Source: Gemmatimonadales bacterium
Lineage (GTDB): Bacteria > Gemmatimonadota > Gemmatimonadetes > Gemmatimonadales > GWC2-71-9
DNA length: 64,000 nt
Reading direction: 5' to 3'
Assembly (NCBI GenBank): GCA_041615815.1
Contig: JBFJCP010000003.1
Location: forward strand, 32,001-96,000
How positions within the stretch are numbered: the stretch's first letter is position 1; each line of letters starts with the position of its first letter. The translations under genes and the position numbers were made by a program. Below, in pieces: positions 47,067-58,648 of the stretch. The notes below the pieces were generated by a model. That model saw only the letters and a program-made list of their open reading frames with translations. It did not search any database and was not told where the DNA came from.

Positions 47067-48011
47067 CTAGTAATTCCGCGCCAAGTCCATACCGGCGTAG
47101 AGCCGCGCCACTTGCTCACCATAGCCGTTGAACTTGAGCGTGGGCCGGCGACGCAGCTCACCGATCCGCCGTTCCCGTCGCTGGCTCCATCGTGGGTGGT
47201 CCACGTCCGGGTTCACGTTGGCGTAGAAACCGTACTCGCGCGGCGCGACGACGCTCCAGGTGTTTTTGGGTTGCTCCCGCGTCAGCCGAATCCGAACGAT
47301 GGATTTGATGCTCTTGAATCCGTACTTCCACGGCACGACGAGCCTGATCGGCGCTCCATTCTGATTCGGTAGCATCTTCCCGTAGAGACCCACCGAGAGG
47401 ATGGCGAGCGGATGCATCGCCTCGTCCAACCGCAGTCCCTCCACGTACGGCCACGGGAGGAGCGGACGTTTCTGCCCCGGCATCTGCTCGGGATCGTACA
47501 GAGTCGTGAATTCGACGTATTGGGCAAACGAGCTGGGCTCGACTCGGTTCAGCAACTTCCCAAGGGGAAAACCCATCCACGGAATGACCATTGACCACGC
47601 CTCGACGCAGCGGAGCCGGTAGATGCGCTCCTCGGCCGGGAACGTCGTGAGGAGGTCATCGATGTCGAAAACCTGGGGCTTCTGGACCTCTCCGTCGACG
47701 CGGACCGTCCACGGCCGAGGCCGAAGCGAGTGGGCGTGCTTCTTGGGATCAGCCTTGTCGGTTCCGAACTCGTAGAAGTTGTTGTAGCTGGTGACCTTGT
47801 CGAGTGGTGTCAGCTCCTCGTCGGCCCCGGCCGCCGCCCGGCCATCGGCTTCCGCCTCGGCGCATCCCACCAACCACGGGAGTGACATCCCCGTGGCGGC
47901 CACCGCCCCGATCCCCACCGCCGTCCGCAAGAAGTCCCGGCGCCGGAGATAGAGCCCTTCGTCCGTGATTTCCGATGATCGAATGTCGCTCGGTCGCTTG
48001 ATGAGCATCAT
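47067..48011 (-). CDS. msrP: Methionine sulfoxide reductase molybdopterin catalytic subunit
   Basis: SSEIT, Tat motif [55 protein letters not shown]. Confidence 0.96.
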   Translation of the reverse strand: MMLIKRPSDIRSSEITDEGLYLRRRDFLRTAVGIGAVAATGMSLPWLVGCAEAEADGRAAAGADEELTPLDKVTSYNNFYEFGTDKADPKKHAHSLRPRPWTVRVDGEVQKPQVFDIDDLLTTFPAEERIYRLRCVEAWSMVIPWMGFPLGKLLNRVEPSSFAQYVEFTTLYDPEQMPGQKRPLLPWPYVEGLRLDEAMHPLAILSVGLYGKMLPNQNGAPIRLVVPWKYGFKSIKSIVRIRLTREQPKNTWSVVAPREYGFYANVNPDVDHPRWSQRRERRIGELRRRPTLKFNGYGEQVARLYAGMDLARNY

Positions 48012-48132
48012 ACCTCGCATGTTAGCCGCCAGCCTCAACCCGTACAAATACCATCTCGGCGGCAAAGGTTCCGCTCGTGAGAGGATTCTAATGGAGGCGG
48101 CAGATGGAACCCACCCACTCCCATCGGCATCT

Positions 48133-51100
48133 CTATAAATGAATTCTCACCTCGGTGCCCCGGCCCACCACGCTCTGGACCTCGATGGTGCCACCCCACG
48201 ACTCGACCAGCCGCTTGCAGATGGCCAGTCCGAGTCCGGTCCCGCTCGTAGTGGTGGAGAACTGAGGCTCAAAAATCCGCGGCAGCACGTCCGGGGCAAT
48301 CCCGCGCCCATCGTCGCGTACACGGACGGCCACGCCATCTCCCTCCTGCGGCTCCACCGCGATCGTGATTTCCGAGGCCCCGGCATCCCGCGCGTTTTCC
48401 ACCAGATTGATCAGGACCTCTTTCACCTCGTCCCGCCGGACCAACGCCGGCACCGGACGGTCTGCCTCGACACGCACGTTCGCGCCACCACCCAGCTCGT
48501 AGAGCTCCGCCGCGTCGTGGGCGATGGCCACTAGATCATGGGTGTCCAGCGGAGCGTCTTCGGCCGGAGGGGCACCGAAGCGTGAGAAGGCTCTTGCGAT
48601 CGCATCGAGCCGCTCGATCTCCGCAAGGATTTGTCTGGACGTCCGCTCGAGCGCGGCGTCAAAGTCGGTGCGCCGGTCGCGCCGCGCACGCTGGAGGTGC
48701 TGTACACCCAACCGAATGGGTGTCAGCGGGTTCTTGATCTCGTGGGCAATCTGCCGAGCGAGCTCACCCCATGCGAGCACCCTGAGCGCTCGCGCCGACT
48801 CCGTGACGTCGTCCAACGCCACGACACACCCTCGGGGGTCAGACCGCAAGGTGGCGACCTGCGCGCGAATGCGACGGTCGGCCACACTGAATTCTCTCAG
48901 GTCGAGCTCCCTGTCTCGCTCCAAGAACGTCTCCACCCACTCCCAGAGAGGGGCCCAATCTCCTCCTGTGTCGCTGCAGATATCCGTGCCTGCCGCCAGT
49001 TCCGCGCCCAACAACTCCCCCGCGCTGGGGTTGGCGATCGTGACTCGCATATCCCGATCTAGCGCGACGACCCCGGTCGCGACGGTTTTGAGTACGGTGG
49101 CCGTGCGTCGTCGCGCGGCTTCCAGCGCGGTCTGGCTCGCCTCGACGTCCTGGGCCATGCGCTCGAAGGCATCCACCACGGAGGCGAATTCCGTAGGAAT
49201 CTCCGCGGTGTCGAACGGGGGGAGCGGTTCGCCCCGGCCCACGGCGAGTGCCGCCGAACGCAACGACTCCACGGGTCGAGAGAGGGACCGGGCCGCTACC
49301 GTGGCCAACCCCACGGCACCGCCCAACCCAATGATGGTCACCAGGAGCAGCGCAAACGCGAGATCCTCCTGCTCCCGTCGGAGGTCTTGCACGTCGACGA
49401 GTCGCGGCGCCGCGAGGACCGCCTGGGACTCTCGGATCTCCCCCAGCGACCGGTATCCCACCCGCGTCGCCTGTCCGCCAATCAACTCGTCTGCCGTGAC
49501 CTCGAGTTCGTCGCCCACCGTGAGGGCCCAGTGGGCCGGCGGCGACATGTAGGCGTCGAGTAACCCAAGCTCCGTGAGGACCGGAACACTCGCGTCTTGG
49601 AGGACGCCGCGCTCGTACCAGAGCAGGTCCGCGCCCAGACGGTCTCCGAGCTCCGCCAACCGTTCGCGGACTTCCAGGTCTTCCAGACCTACTAACCGCC
49701 GCGCGCTGCCGGCGGCATCGCTGAGGGTCTGTTGAATCAAGAGATCGCGACTGCGCTCCGCATCGGCCCGGAGACGTCCTGCCGACCACGTCGCGAAGCC
49801 CAACGTGGGGACGATGAAGAACCCAGCGAGGGCCACCGCCAACCGACTCTGATAGGATTGGAATCTCACGAGTTTCCGCGGGCGCACTGGAATCGCCACG
49901 CCGCCGCTCAACGCGATTCCCAAGCCCCACGACAGAGCGACAATCACCCCATTCGCCAACAGTACGAGCGTCCCCCGTACCAGCAGCGGCACCGCGCCAC
50001 TCAAGGGAACGCCGATGTGCAGATGACGCGATCCCTCCACCACATCCAGCACGCGCGTGCCGCGGACGGTCCATCGTTCGTCGCGTCGCCAGGCGATCAC
50101 CTGCGAGAGCGAGGTATCCGACACCGTCTCGCCCAGGGACATCTCATACGGGGCGAATAGCCGGCGTTCCCCGCGCAAGAATCGGGCGACGCGCACGGGA
50201 GGGATGAGTCGTGACCGCGGCGCCACCCCAGCGGTCACCACGATGCTGTCCGGAAACGGCACGGCGATGATGTAGTGAATACCCGGTGCAAGATCCACTT
50301 GCTGAATGACGGGCGTCTCCACATTCGTCGCGAACCGAGCGAGCGAAAAGAACAGGGGGGCAGAGAGCTCCAACTGTGCGAGCTCGAGCGAGGCCAGCAG
50401 GGCGCCGTCACCGCGCCAGGTCGCCAACACGGCCGGGTAGTCGTCCGCGCTCAGCGGCGAACGCCGCCAATGAGCGTACAGGTCCGCGGCGGTGCGCGGT
50501 GGAGCACCGGCACTGATGTCGCCGGCGAATCGCTCCAACATACTGATGGCCACCGGATCTCCCCCGGTCAGGCGGCGGGCATCGCGTTCGGCGAGCAAGA
50601 GACGGCTCCGAACCGTGGCGTTCCATGTGAGGAGCACAGCCGCCATTCCCGCCACGGCCGTCACGGCAATCGCCAGCCGAGGTCGGGGCCGACTCAGCAC
50701 GGCGAGAAATGCCGTGGGAAGCCAAAGAACGACGTACCACATCGGCCAGGCTCGCACCGGCGACCAAGCGAGCATGCCTACGGCCCCCAACCCGACGGCC
50801 CCACCCACCGCCAGCCAGGGAGCCCATCGCACTGTAAACTGCCCACCCCGCCCTCCCATCAAGGCGGCGCTCACAAACCCGATAGCGACGCCCGCCATGG
50901 CGAGACTCAACTCCCAGCTCAGCCACAGCCCAACCCCAATTTCGGAAACCGGTGGGGTGATGGGATCCGCCAGCGCCGCCAGCGCAAGAGGAGCTACCAG
51001 CACGAGCAGACTCCCCAGTGCCACGCCCCAAGGGCGGCGACGGGGGATCCGGGTGAGCCACGGAACGACGAGCAGCACCACGAACGCCGACGACACGAAG

Positions 51101-52146
51101 AGGGCACCCGCCGACGCCGTGAGAGGACCGAGTGCACTCAGGTAATACGAGGCCGAGGTAAACGGCGTGCCGAGACCAACGTGGAGCCCGGCCGGCGTCA
51201 GCACAAAGACCGCGGCCAGCCCGACCACCGCCAGCCACCGTCCGAGGGTGCCGGCGACCAGCGCCAGAAACACGAGCTGGAGCATCAGCAGGGCGGAGAC
51301 CCACCGGCTGCCCGCCGCGAGCTGCGCGAGCTTGGCTGAACCTTGCGTTGGTGGAACGATCCGAACGCTGAAGAGCGTGTCGGGAATGACGGAATCGTCC
51401 GCGGCACATTCGGGGAGACAATAGTCGAATACATCGGACCCCGCTGGCGCCCGCCCCGGGGCGTAGAACTCGAGCGCCGTACCCGTCTCACGAACGAAGA
51501 GAGCGGCCACACTCCCCTCCCGATCCGGGACCGCACTGTCCGCCGCCAGCAGCACGTGGCTGACGGCGGATCCGTCCTCCGCCTGGCGTCGCGCCTCGAG
51601 CAGGACGTAGAATGCGTTGATGCGTGCGGTGAGCTTCGGACTATCGGCCGTGGGCGGTGCCATGCGGAGCCGGTGGCGGCCGGCCCACGCCCTGGGAACC
51701 CCTGCGGAATCGAAGGCGACGACGCCGCTCTCCGGTCCGCGTTGGCGGGCGGCATCGCCTAGAGCGGCAAAGGCCTCCGTTGCGGAGCTGGCACTGTGGC
51801 GGGCCCCCACGGTGGCGAGTTCCTGGGCCCGATCCACCGCCGCCCCCAACGTCTGGCTCAGCTGGCCGCTAGCCTGGCTGATGAAGGTCTCTCGGGTGTC
51901 CGGCCAGGAGCGCTCGATCGCTCGCACCCTCCCAGAGGTGTCGAGCGCAAACGCTGTGGCCACGAGTCCCGCGATGGCCACGAGCACAGGTCCGACCCGC
52001 GCCGCCCAAGCCGCGGCGATCGCGAGCCACGCCCCGAAGACGCCGGCCACGATCGCGCCCGGGAGTCCGGGAGAGACCAACCAGAAACCCAGGGCACTGA
52101 CCATCCCGACTACGGGGAGCACCCAATGACGGATCTTGAGCCTCAA
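48133..52146 (-). CDS. Large multi-TM sensor histidine kinase, NtrY-like (HAMP-PAS-HisKA-HATPase)
   Basis: Many TM segments, HAMP (LSRPVESL...AFERMAQD), [50 protein letters not shown]. Start uncertain (TTG 52146 or GTG 52122). Confidence 0.88.
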   Translation of the reverse strand: MRLKIRHWVLPVVGMVSALGFWLVSPGLPGAIVAGVFGAWLAIAAAWAARVGPVLVAIAGLVATAFALDTSGRVRAIERSWPDTRETFISQASGQLSQTLGAAVDRAQELATVGARHSASSATEAFAALGDAARQRGPESGVVAFDSAGVPRAWAGRHRLRMAPPTADSPKLTARINAFYVLLEARRQAEDGSAVSHVLLAADSAVPDREGSVAALFVRETGTALEFYAPGRAPAGSDVFDYCLPECAADDSVIPDTLFSVRIVPPTQGSAKLAQLAAGSRWVSALLMLQLVFLALVAGTLGRWLAVVGLAAVFVLTPAGLHVGLGTPFTSASYYLSALGPLTASAGALFVSSAFVVLLVVPWLTRIPRRRPWGVALGSLLVLVAPLALAALADPITPPVSEIGVGLWLSWELSLAMAGVAIGFVSAALMGGRGGQFTVRWAPWLAVGGAVGLGAVGMLAWSPVRAWPMWYVVLWLPTAFLAVLSRPRPRLAIAVTAVAGMAAVLLTWNATVRSRLLLAERDARRLTGGDPVAISMLERFAGDISAGAPPRTAADLYAHWRRSPLSADDYPAVLATWRGDGALLASLELAQLELSAPLFFSLARFATNVETPVIQQVDLAPGIHYIIAVPFPDSIVVTAGVAPRSRLIPPVRVARFLRGERRLFAPYEMSLGETVSDTSLSQVIAWRRDERWTVRGTRVLDVVEGSRHLHIGVPLSGAVPLLVRGTLVLLANGVIVALSWGLGIALSGGVAIPVRPRKLVRFQSYQSRLAVALAGFFIVPTLGFATWSAGRLRADAERSRDLLIQQTLSDAAGSARRLVGLEDLEVRERLAELGDRLGADLLWYERGVLQDASVPVLTELGLLDAYMSPPAHWALTVGDELEVTADELIGGQATRVGYRSLGEIRESQAVLAAPRLVDVQDLRREQEDLAFALLLVTIIGLGGAVGLATVAARSLSRPVESLRSAALAVGRGEPLPPFDTAEIPTEFASVVDAFERMAQDVEASQTALEAARRRTATVLKTVATGVVALDRDMRVTIANPSAGELLGAELAAGTDICSDTGGDWAPLWEWVETFLERDRELDLREFSVADRRIRAQVATLRSDPRGCVVALDDVTESARALRVLAWGELARQIAHEIKNPLTPIRLGVQHLQRARRDRRTDFDAALERTSRQILAEIERLDAIARAFSRFGAPPAEDAPLDTHDLVAIAHDAAELYELGGGANVRVEADRPVPALVRRDEVKEVLINLVENARDAGASEITIAVEPQEGDGVAVRVRDDGRGIAPDVLPRIFEPQFSTTTSGTGLGLAICKRLVESWGGTIEVQSVVGRGTEVRIHL

Positions 52147-52878
52147 CGGGATCCCCTTATCCTCAAACGCCTCACTCCGGAACGGGTACGCAGCCATCTG
52201 GCCCGTGATGCCCGACTCATCGTCCCCGTGGGCACGACCGAGCAGCACGGGCCCCACCTACCGCTGGGGTGTGATACCCTTATCGTGGAGCGCCTGGCTG
52301 ACGACCTCTCGGCCGAGTTCAACGTGTTACGGGCCCCAACCATAGAATATGGGGTGAATGCCGCCACTCCCACTCCCTACCCCGGAAGTGCCTCGGTGCG
52401 TCGGAAGACATTGCATCGATTCCTCAACGATCTGGTGGGCTCATGGGAGGACGGGGGAGTGAAGCAGTTCATCATCCTCACGGCGCACGGGCAGGATCCC
52501 CATCAGGAGGCCCTCAGCACGCTCCGCACGCTCAGAGCGTCGGTTCGCACGGTCGATATCTTCGCGGTGCCACTCACCGACGAGGAAGCAGCGAGTGGGA
52601 TTCCAGTCCATGGCGGCGCGTTGGATACGTCGCTCCTCTTGTACGTGAATGGCGACCTCGTGGATCTGGAGCGCGCCGAGGACTACGTGCCGTCGCGCTG
52701 GGCCGCCCGGCGCTACCACCGTGGTTCCTCCGGCGCGATTCCCAAAGGGAGCCCCGGGTCCATGGGTCGCCCGAGCCTCGCCTCGATGGAGCGTGGCGAA
52801 TTGCTGTATCATTTTATATTCCAACGGATTGCAACGAGGATTCTGGCAGGCGTCGAGGTCACGGATCGAGGCTCATGA
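52126..52878 (+). CDS. Creatininase/MftE-family amidohydrolase
   Basis: PVGTTEQHGPHLPLGCD, YPG, HGG..DTS; GGGGAG SD before ATG 52126. Confidence 0.85.
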   Translation: MTDLEPQRDPLILKRLTPERVRSHLARDARLIVPVGTTEQHGPHLPLGCDTLIVERLADDLSAEFNVLRAPTIEYGVNAATPTPYPGSASVRRKTLHRFLNDLVGSWEDGGVKQFIILTAHGQDPHQEALSTLRTLRASVRTVDIFAVPLTDEEAASGIPVHGGALDTSLLLYVNGDLVDLERAEDYVPSRWAARRYHRGSSGAIPKGSPGSMGRPSLASMERGELLYHFIFQRIATRILAGVEVTDRGS

Positions 52879-53573
52879 GACCAGCAGCCAAACAGCTCGC
52901 GATAGGGACCGCCGTCCTTGCCCTCCTGGGCACGACCCCGCATCCGGGAAACGCCCAGGGGGGTCCAGTGCTCGACGAGGGCGCGTTCACGATCGTGGAG
53001 GGCACTACCGTTATTGGCCGGGAGGAGTTCACCGTCCGGCGAGGACGCTCGGGGGCGCCGTCGGAAGGCTTCACGATCACGGCCACGGCTGGGTACCCAC
53101 CCACCCAGCCGACGCGCACCGTGACGGTGCGCCTCGAGCTGGGCGCGGACTCGCAACCCGTCGCGGCCGAAATCCAGGAGCGCAGCCAGCAGCGCCGCGC
53201 AATCGTGATGCGTTTCGCCCCCCGCCGGATCACCGTCCGCCTCGTCAGCGCGGCGGGCGAATCCGTCCGCGAGCACCCCAAACGTGCCCGCACTCTGCTG
53301 CACGTCGAGGCCGTGTTCGCCGTCTTTGCCATCCTCCCGAGCCCAGGGAGCCCCTTGGCCGCGATCACGGACGAGGGCGATCGACCGGTGGACGTGTCCC
53401 TGACCGACCACGGCCTCGAACGGGTACGCGTGAAAGGGATCGAGCGGGCACTCCACCACTACTCGCTGGGTCTCGGCAGCGACGAGCACCACGTGTGGTT
53501 CGACGAGCAGGGCCGGTTGATCCAGGTCTCGATTCCGGCTCGGAATGTCAAAGCGGTGCGCGAGGCGTCGTGA
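52875..53573 (+). CDS. Hypothetical exported beta-rich protein
   Basis: ATGA overlap with the creatininase gene, signal peptide, DEGAF.I...IGREEF, C-terminal VWFDEQGRLIQV.IP. Confidence 0.65.
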   Translation: MRPAAKQLAIGTAVLALLGTTPHPGNAQGGPVLDEGAFTIVEGTTVIGREEFTVRRGRSGAPSEGFTITATAGYPPTQPTRTVTVRLELGADSQPVAAEIQERSQQRRAIVMRFAPRRITVRLVSAAGESVREHPKRARTLLHVEAVFAVFAILPSPGSPLAAITDEGDRPVDVSLTDHGLERVRVKGIERALHHYSLGLGSDEHHVWFDEQGRLIQVSIPARNVKAVREAS

Positions 53574-53827
53574 CGAAACCCACGCGGTCACTGATTGCGA
53601 GGCGCCCTCCGGCGGCCCGTCGTCCCAGTTGGGACGAAGACGGGTGGTGAGAACACGCGCGGAGGGTCTCAAAAACGGCGCCGCCCATTCCGGCCCCGTC
53701 ACCGTCAACGCCCCCCTACACCCGAGGATGCCCGTCCACAGCGCCGGTTTCCCCGTTCGCCCGGCTCCGTCTTCATAGACCGCGCTCGCGCCCATAGCTT
53801 TCATCCGGCCGCCTGTCTCTCTCGCCG

Positions 53828-53854
53828 TGAAACCGGCTCCATGGAGGATCCGTA
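53828..53854 (+). promoter_or_regulatory. Putative ECF-sigma promoter of the TolC-exporter operon
   Basis: TGAAAC (53828-53833), 17 nt spacer, CGTA (53851-53854); 43 nt before ATG 53898. Confidence 0.5.
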
Positions 53855-53897
53855 CGGCTATGCGGCTCACTCACCAAGTAAAGGCAAGGCAACGATC

Positions 53898-55415
53898 ATG
53901 AACGGCTATCGCATCTCGCTGGTCCTGATGGCGCTGGCCGCCGTGCCGGGGTGCGCGTTCGCGCAGCGTCCGGTCGTACCAACGATTCCCACTTCCCTTT
54001 CGCTGCGCGAGGCCGTGGACTTCGCGCTCCGATACAACCCCACCTATCGCCAGGCCGCCAACGATCGTTCGCCGGCGGCTTGGGGGGTGCGAAACGCCTA
54101 TGCGTCGTTTCTGCCCAACTTGACGGCCGGCTACGGCGTCAACTATACCGGATCCGGGACGCAGACGTTTCTCACTGACGAGTTCGTGCAACCCTCAGCC
54201 ACCATCGGTTCCGACTATTCGCTGAGTTTGTCCATGAGCTTCTCGGGTCGCACCTTGATGCAACCCGGACTGGCCAAGGCCCAGTTGCGAGCAGCGGACG
54301 CGGGCGTGGTGGGCGCGGAGGTCGCCATCGAGACGGCGGTGCGGCGCCAGTACCTCGGGGTCCTCCGCGCCGAGGCGCAGGTGGGCCTGGCCGAGTTGCA
54401 GCTAGAGCGCAACGAGGAATTCCTGCGACTCGCCAACGCGCGCTTCCAGGTGGGACAGAACACGATGCTCGACGTTCGCCAGGCTCAGGTCGCCCGCGGA
54501 CAATCCGAGGTCGCGTTACTACAAGCCCGTCAGCTCGTCACCGTGGAGAAGCTCCGGTTGTTCGAGCAGATGGGGGTCTTGGCGCCTGAGGATCCAGCGC
54601 TCGTGGCACTGTCCGACTCGTTCCCCATCGTGGAGCCCACCTGGCAGCTCGGGTCACTCCTCGGCGAAGCCGAGCAACGGAATCCGGACCTTTTGGCGTT
54701 GCGAGCCCGCGAGCACGCGGCTCACGCGGGCGAGCGGGCCGCAAAGTCATCGTGGCTCCCGACCCTCTCGTTGTCAGCCGGCTGGTCGGGCTTTACGCAG
54801 CAGTTCACCAACGACGCGTTTCTGGTCCAGCAAGCCCAGACCGGAGCCGGGCTGCAATTCCAGTCGTGTCAGCAGCAAAATCTGATCGTGGGCGATGTGA
54901 ATACCCGCTTGGCGGCGAACGAGCAGATCCCGCTGAGCGATTGTAGTCTCTTCATGTTCACTGATGCGGATGCAGCGGCGCTTCGCGCGGACAACGATGT
55001 CTTTCCGTTCAGCTTTCAGACTCAGCCGTTTCAGGCCCGCGTGTCCGTCTCGCTTCCGATTTTCAATCAGTTCAGTCGATCCTTGGAGATCGCGCAGGCG
55101 TCCGCCCAGACGGACGATGCCCAGGAAGCCGTGCGCCAGCGCGAGCTACAAGTTCGCACGGCCGTGAGCGAAGCCTATTACGGGCTCCTCACGGCGTACC
55201 AAACGATCGCGATCCAAGAGGACAATCGGGTGGCCGCGCAGGAACAGCTGCGGTTGGCCACCGAACGGTACCGCGTTGGATCGGGAACGTTTTTCGAGCT
55301 GCTCGATGCCCAAGTGGCCGCGCAGCAAGCCGAGGCGGACTACATTAATGCGATCTATAGCTACCATCAGGCGATCGCCATCTTGGAGTCCGCCGTTGGT
55401 CGTTCCCTTCGCTAG
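53898..55415 (+). CDS. TolC-family outer membrane efflux protein
   Basis: Signal peptide, LSLREAV..AL..NP, two OEP repeats (FLPNL, WLPTL, SLPIF, ERYRVGSGT..ELLDAQ). Confidence 0.92.
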   Translation: MNGYRISLVLMALAAVPGCAFAQRPVVPTIPTSLSLREAVDFALRYNPTYRQAANDRSPAAWGVRNAYASFLPNLTAGYGVNYTGSGTQTFLTDEFVQPSATIGSDYSLSLSMSFSGRTLMQPGLAKAQLRAADAGVVGAEVAIETAVRRQYLGVLRAEAQVGLAELQLERNEEFLRLANARFQVGQNTMLDVRQAQVARGQSEVALLQARQLVTVEKLRLFEQMGVLAPEDPALVALSDSFPIVEPTWQLGSLLGEAEQRNPDLLALRAREHAAHAGERAAKSSWLPTLSLSAGWSGFTQQFTNDAFLVQQAQTGAGLQFQSCQQQNLIVGDVNTRLAANEQIPLSDCSLFMFTDADAAALRADNDVFPFSFQTQPFQARVSVSLPIFNQFSRSLEIAQASAQTDDAQEAVRQRELQVRTAVSEAYYGLLTAYQTIAIQEDNRVAAQEQLRLATERYRVGSGTFFELLDAQVAAQQAEADYINAIYSYHQAIAILESAVGRSLR

Positions 55416-55427
55416 CACGGATGCGAT

Positions 55428-56699
55428 ATGGCACGTCGTAATAAGATCCTCATCTTCGTTGGCCTGATCGTCCTTATCGGAGGATTCATCACCGTCAATG
55501 CGGTCGCCCGCGGTGACCGTGGTGTCGAGGTACGGCTCGAGACCGTAGGTCGGCGCGACCTCGTGGCCACCGTGACCGCCAGCGGACAGATCGCTCCCAA
55601 ACGCTCCGTGGACGTGAGCGCCGACATCACAGGGCGGATCATCGAGATTCCGTTTGCCGAAGGCGACACGGTCAGCCAAGGTGATCTGTTGATCCGAATC
55701 GACCCGTCGCAGTACAATGCGGCCGTCGCCCGGGCACAGGCCACACTCTCGTCCTCTCAGGCGTCCGCCCTCCAGACGCAGGCCAATCGCGACCAAGCCA
55801 AGCGGGCGCTGGATCGCACCATCGAGCTCTGGCGCACGGATAGCACCCTCGTATCCGAGGAACAACTGGATCAGGCGGAGACGTCATTCCAGGTCGCGAA
55901 CGCGCTCGCCAACTCCGCCGAACACCAGGTGGATCAGGCGCGCGCGGCGCTCCAGGAAGCTCGCGAGCAGCTCGCCAAGACGGTGCTCCGCTCCCCGATG
56001 AGTGGACAGGTCACCCGGATGGCGGTGGAAGTGGGCGAGGTCGCGGTACCCGGGACGTTCTCTCGCGAAACCGGTCTCTTGCTCACGGTGAGCGACCTGT
56101 CGGTGATCCAAGTCAACGTGAAGGTCGACGAGACAGATGTGGTGCGACTCCATCACGGAGACTCTGCGGAGATCACCATCGACGCGTTTCCAGACACGAC
56201 GTTCACGGGCCGGGTGACCAAGATCTCCCAGAGCGCGATCCGGCTCGGGGCGGGCGCCACGAGTGCCGGTAGCGACCAGGCGGTGGATTACGATGTGGAG
56301 ATCACGCTGGACGATCCCCCCGTGGAGATCCGCCCGGATCTCTCCGCCACCGCCAAGGTGATCACGGCCATGCGCGACAGCGTGTTGAGCATTCCCATCA
56401 TCGCGCTCACCGTGCGTGAACATACGCCGATACAAATGGAAACGGCCGGAACCGCGCGCAGAGACACCAGTGGCGCCAAGCGCGATACGGAGGGCGTGTT
56501 CGTGGTGGCCGAAGGTCTGGCCCAGTTCCGCCCCGTCAAGGTGGGCATTGCCGGAGAAGAGTACTTCGAGGTCGTGGACGGGCTGACGGAAGGTGACAGT
56601 ATCGTCGCGGGGCCGTATCAGACCATCCGCGATCTTCGCGATGGCGCCAAAGTGCGGGCGGCCGAGGAGCGTGACGATCAGTCCGGAGCGGCCCGATGA
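55428..56699 (+). CDS. MacA-like periplasmic adaptor subunit
   Basis: TM anchor, VTASG.I.P...VDVSA.I.GRI, coiled-coil hairpin, SPMSG.V, VDETDV, GLTEGD.IV.G. Confidence 0.93.
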   Translation: MARRNKILIFVGLIVLIGGFITVNAVARGDRGVEVRLETVGRRDLVATVTASGQIAPKRSVDVSADITGRIIEIPFAEGDTVSQGDLLIRIDPSQYNAAVARAQATLSSSQASALQTQANRDQAKRALDRTIELWRTDSTLVSEEQLDQAETSFQVANALANSAEHQVDQARAALQEAREQLAKTVLRSPMSGQVTRMAVEVGEVAVPGTFSRETGLLLTVSDLSVIQVNVKVDETDVVRLHHGDSAEITIDAFPDTTFTGRVTKISQSAIRLGAGATSAGSDQAVDYDVEITLDDPPVEIRPDLSATAKVITAMRDSVLSIPIIALTVREHTPIQMETAGTARRDTSGAKRDTEGVFVVAEGLAQFRPVKVGIAGEEYFEVVDGLTEGDSIVAGPYQTIRDLRDGAKVRAAEERDDQSGAAR

Positions 56700-57397
56700 T
56701 GGGGAACGGCGCACTCATACGGGTTCGTGCGCTCACCCGCGAGTATCACATGGACGCGGAGACGGTCCGAGCTCTGCGAGGCGTCGACCTGGACATCCCG
56801 CGCAACGAGTATGTGGCCATCATGGGTCCCTCGGGGTCGGGGAAATCCACCCTCATGAATCTCATCGGATGCCTCGACACGCCCACGTCCGGCGAGTATT
56901 GGCTGAACGGGGTCGAAGTGTCACGCATGGAGGACGATGAGCTCGCTCGGGTTCGGAACCGCGAAATCGGGTTCGTCTTTCAGACCTTCAACCTGCTCCC
57001 TCGAGCGACGGCGCTCCACAACGTGGAACTGCCCCTGATCTATGCCGGAGTACGCGCGGCGGATCGTCGCGCCCGGGCCGCAAGAGCGCTCGAGCGCGTG
57101 GGTCTGGCGGATCGGATGGAGCACAAGCCCAACGAGCTCTCCGGCGGGCAGCGCCAGCGCGTGGCCATTGCTCGCGCCCTCGTCAACGACCCGAGCATTC
57201 TCCTCGCCGACGAGCCCACCGGTAACCTAGACTCCGTCACCAGTAACGAGATTCTCGCCGTCTTCGACGAACTACACCGCGAGGGACAGACCGTCGTCAT
57301 GGTGACTCACGAGGAGGGCGTCGCCGCGCAGGCACGGCGGACCGTGACCCTGCGAGACGGCATGGTGCACAGCGACCGACTGCGCGAAGCGGCCTGA
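56696..57397 (+). CDS. ABC transporter ATP-binding protein (MacB/LolD type)
   Basis: Intact [35 protein letters not shown]. Confidence 0.96.
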   Translation: MMGNGALIRVRALTREYHMDAETVRALRGVDLDIPRNEYVAIMGPSGSGKSTLMNLIGCLDTPTSGEYWLNGVEVSRMEDDELARVRNREIGFVFQTFNLLPRATALHNVELPLIYAGVRAADRRARAARALERVGLADRMEHKPNELSGGQRQRVAIARALVNDPSILLADEPTGNLDSVTSNEILAVFDELHREGQTVVMVTHEEGVAAQARRTVTLRDGMVHSDRLREAA

Positions 57398-57403
57398 GGC
57401 ACC

Positions 57404-58648
57404 GTGCCCTTCCGCGAGGCGATTCGCCTGGCTCTCCAGACCCTCTGGGCGAACAAGATGAAGAGCGTCTTCTCGCTCATCGGCGTCTTCATCGGCGTCA
57501 CGTTCCTGATCGCCGTGATCTCCGTCATCGAGGGCATGAACGAATACATGACGGAGCGGTTTGCCGGCACCATCCTCGGTGTGAACACGTTCTCCCTGCG
57601 GCGCTATCCCAACGTCCAATTGGGGAACGTGTCGGCAGAGACCTGGCGAAAGTGGGTCCGGCGTCCCCGCATCGACTACGAGGATGCGCGGGCCGTGGAA
57701 GCCGCCATTTCCGTTCCGGTCATCACGGCTTGGGAATCCGAGGCCGACATCGACGTGGAGTACCGCGGCAAAGTCGCGCGAGAGATCCGGGTCATCGGCG
57801 CCACGGACAGCTACTTCGACATCAAGGGATGGACGATCGAGGAGGGACGGCCCTTCAGCACCCAAGAGGCCCGAGCGGGACGGCCGGTGCTCGTGATCGG
57901 GCACGAAGTGGCAGCGCGTCTCTTCGACAACGTCGATCCCATTGGCCGGGAAGTAAAGATTCGAGACATGCCGTACCGCATCATTGGCATCGTCGAGGCC
58001 CAGGGGAACCTTTTCGGGCTGTCGTTGGACAAGTTCGCCGTGGCCCCCGCGCTCTCCCCGGTCAAGAAGTTCGTGGCACCTCCGGGCCGGATCGATGCCT
58101 TCGTGGTCAAAGCGGCAACGCCTGCCGAGCTGGAGACGGCCATGGCGGAGGCAGAGGCCGCCATGCGGAGCCGTCGCCACTTGAGACCGGGTGAGGAGAA
58201 CACGTTCGTCCTCGAAACGGCGGATGACGTCCTCGACTTTTGGGGGAAGATCAACGCGGTGTTGATCACCGCCCTGCCGCTCCTCGTGGGCATCTCCCTA
58301 CTCGTGGGCGGGATCGTGATCATGAACATCATGCTCATGGCCGTCGCGGAGCGCACCCGAGAAATCGGGATCCGTAAGTCTCTCGGCGCGCGCCGCGGGG
58401 ATATTCTCAAGCAGTTTCTAGTGGAATCTGGCACCCTCGCCACACTGGGAGCCGGACTGGGCATTGTGACCGGGTTCACCCTGGCCGGTGCAGTGGATGC
58501 TGCCACCCCTCTGCCCACGAGCGTGGCCCCGTGGTCCATTCTCCTCGGCGTCCTCCTGGGAGGCGGCGTCGGTATCGCGGCCGGTCTCTACCCGGCCAGC
58601 CGAGCCGCGCGCCTGGATCCCATCACCGCCATCAGGCATGAGACATGA
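57404..58648 (+). CDS. MacB/FtsX-type ABC permease 1
   Basis: 4-TM layout with periplasmic domain; [27 protein letters not shown]-terminus LDPITAIRHE. Confidence 0.93.
   Translation: MPFREAIRLALQTLWANKMKSVFSLIGVFIGVTFLIAVISVIEGMNEYMTERFAGTILGVNTFSLRRYPNVQLGNVSAETWRKWVRRPRIDYEDARAVEAAISVPVITAWESEADIDVEYRGKVAREIRVIGATDSYFDIKGWTIEEGRPFSTQEARAGRPVLVIGHEVAARLFDNVDPIGREVKIRDMPYRIIGIVEAQGNLFGLSLDKFAVAPALSPVKKFVAPPGRIDAFVVKAATPAELETAMAEAEAAMRSRRHLRPGEENTFVLETADDVLDFWGKINAVLITALPLLVGISLLVGGIVIMNIMLMAVAERTREIGIRKSLGARRGDILKQFLVESGTLATLGAGLGIVTGFTLAGAVDAATPLPTSVAPWSILLGVLLGGGVGIAAGLYPASRAARLDPITAIRHET

Noticed and set aside
48045..48075. GGAACC-type ECF promoter upstream of msrP (minus strand)
   Set aside because: The -10 element is a weak match, and the TAACAT box 7 nt before the ATG is a simpler explanation.
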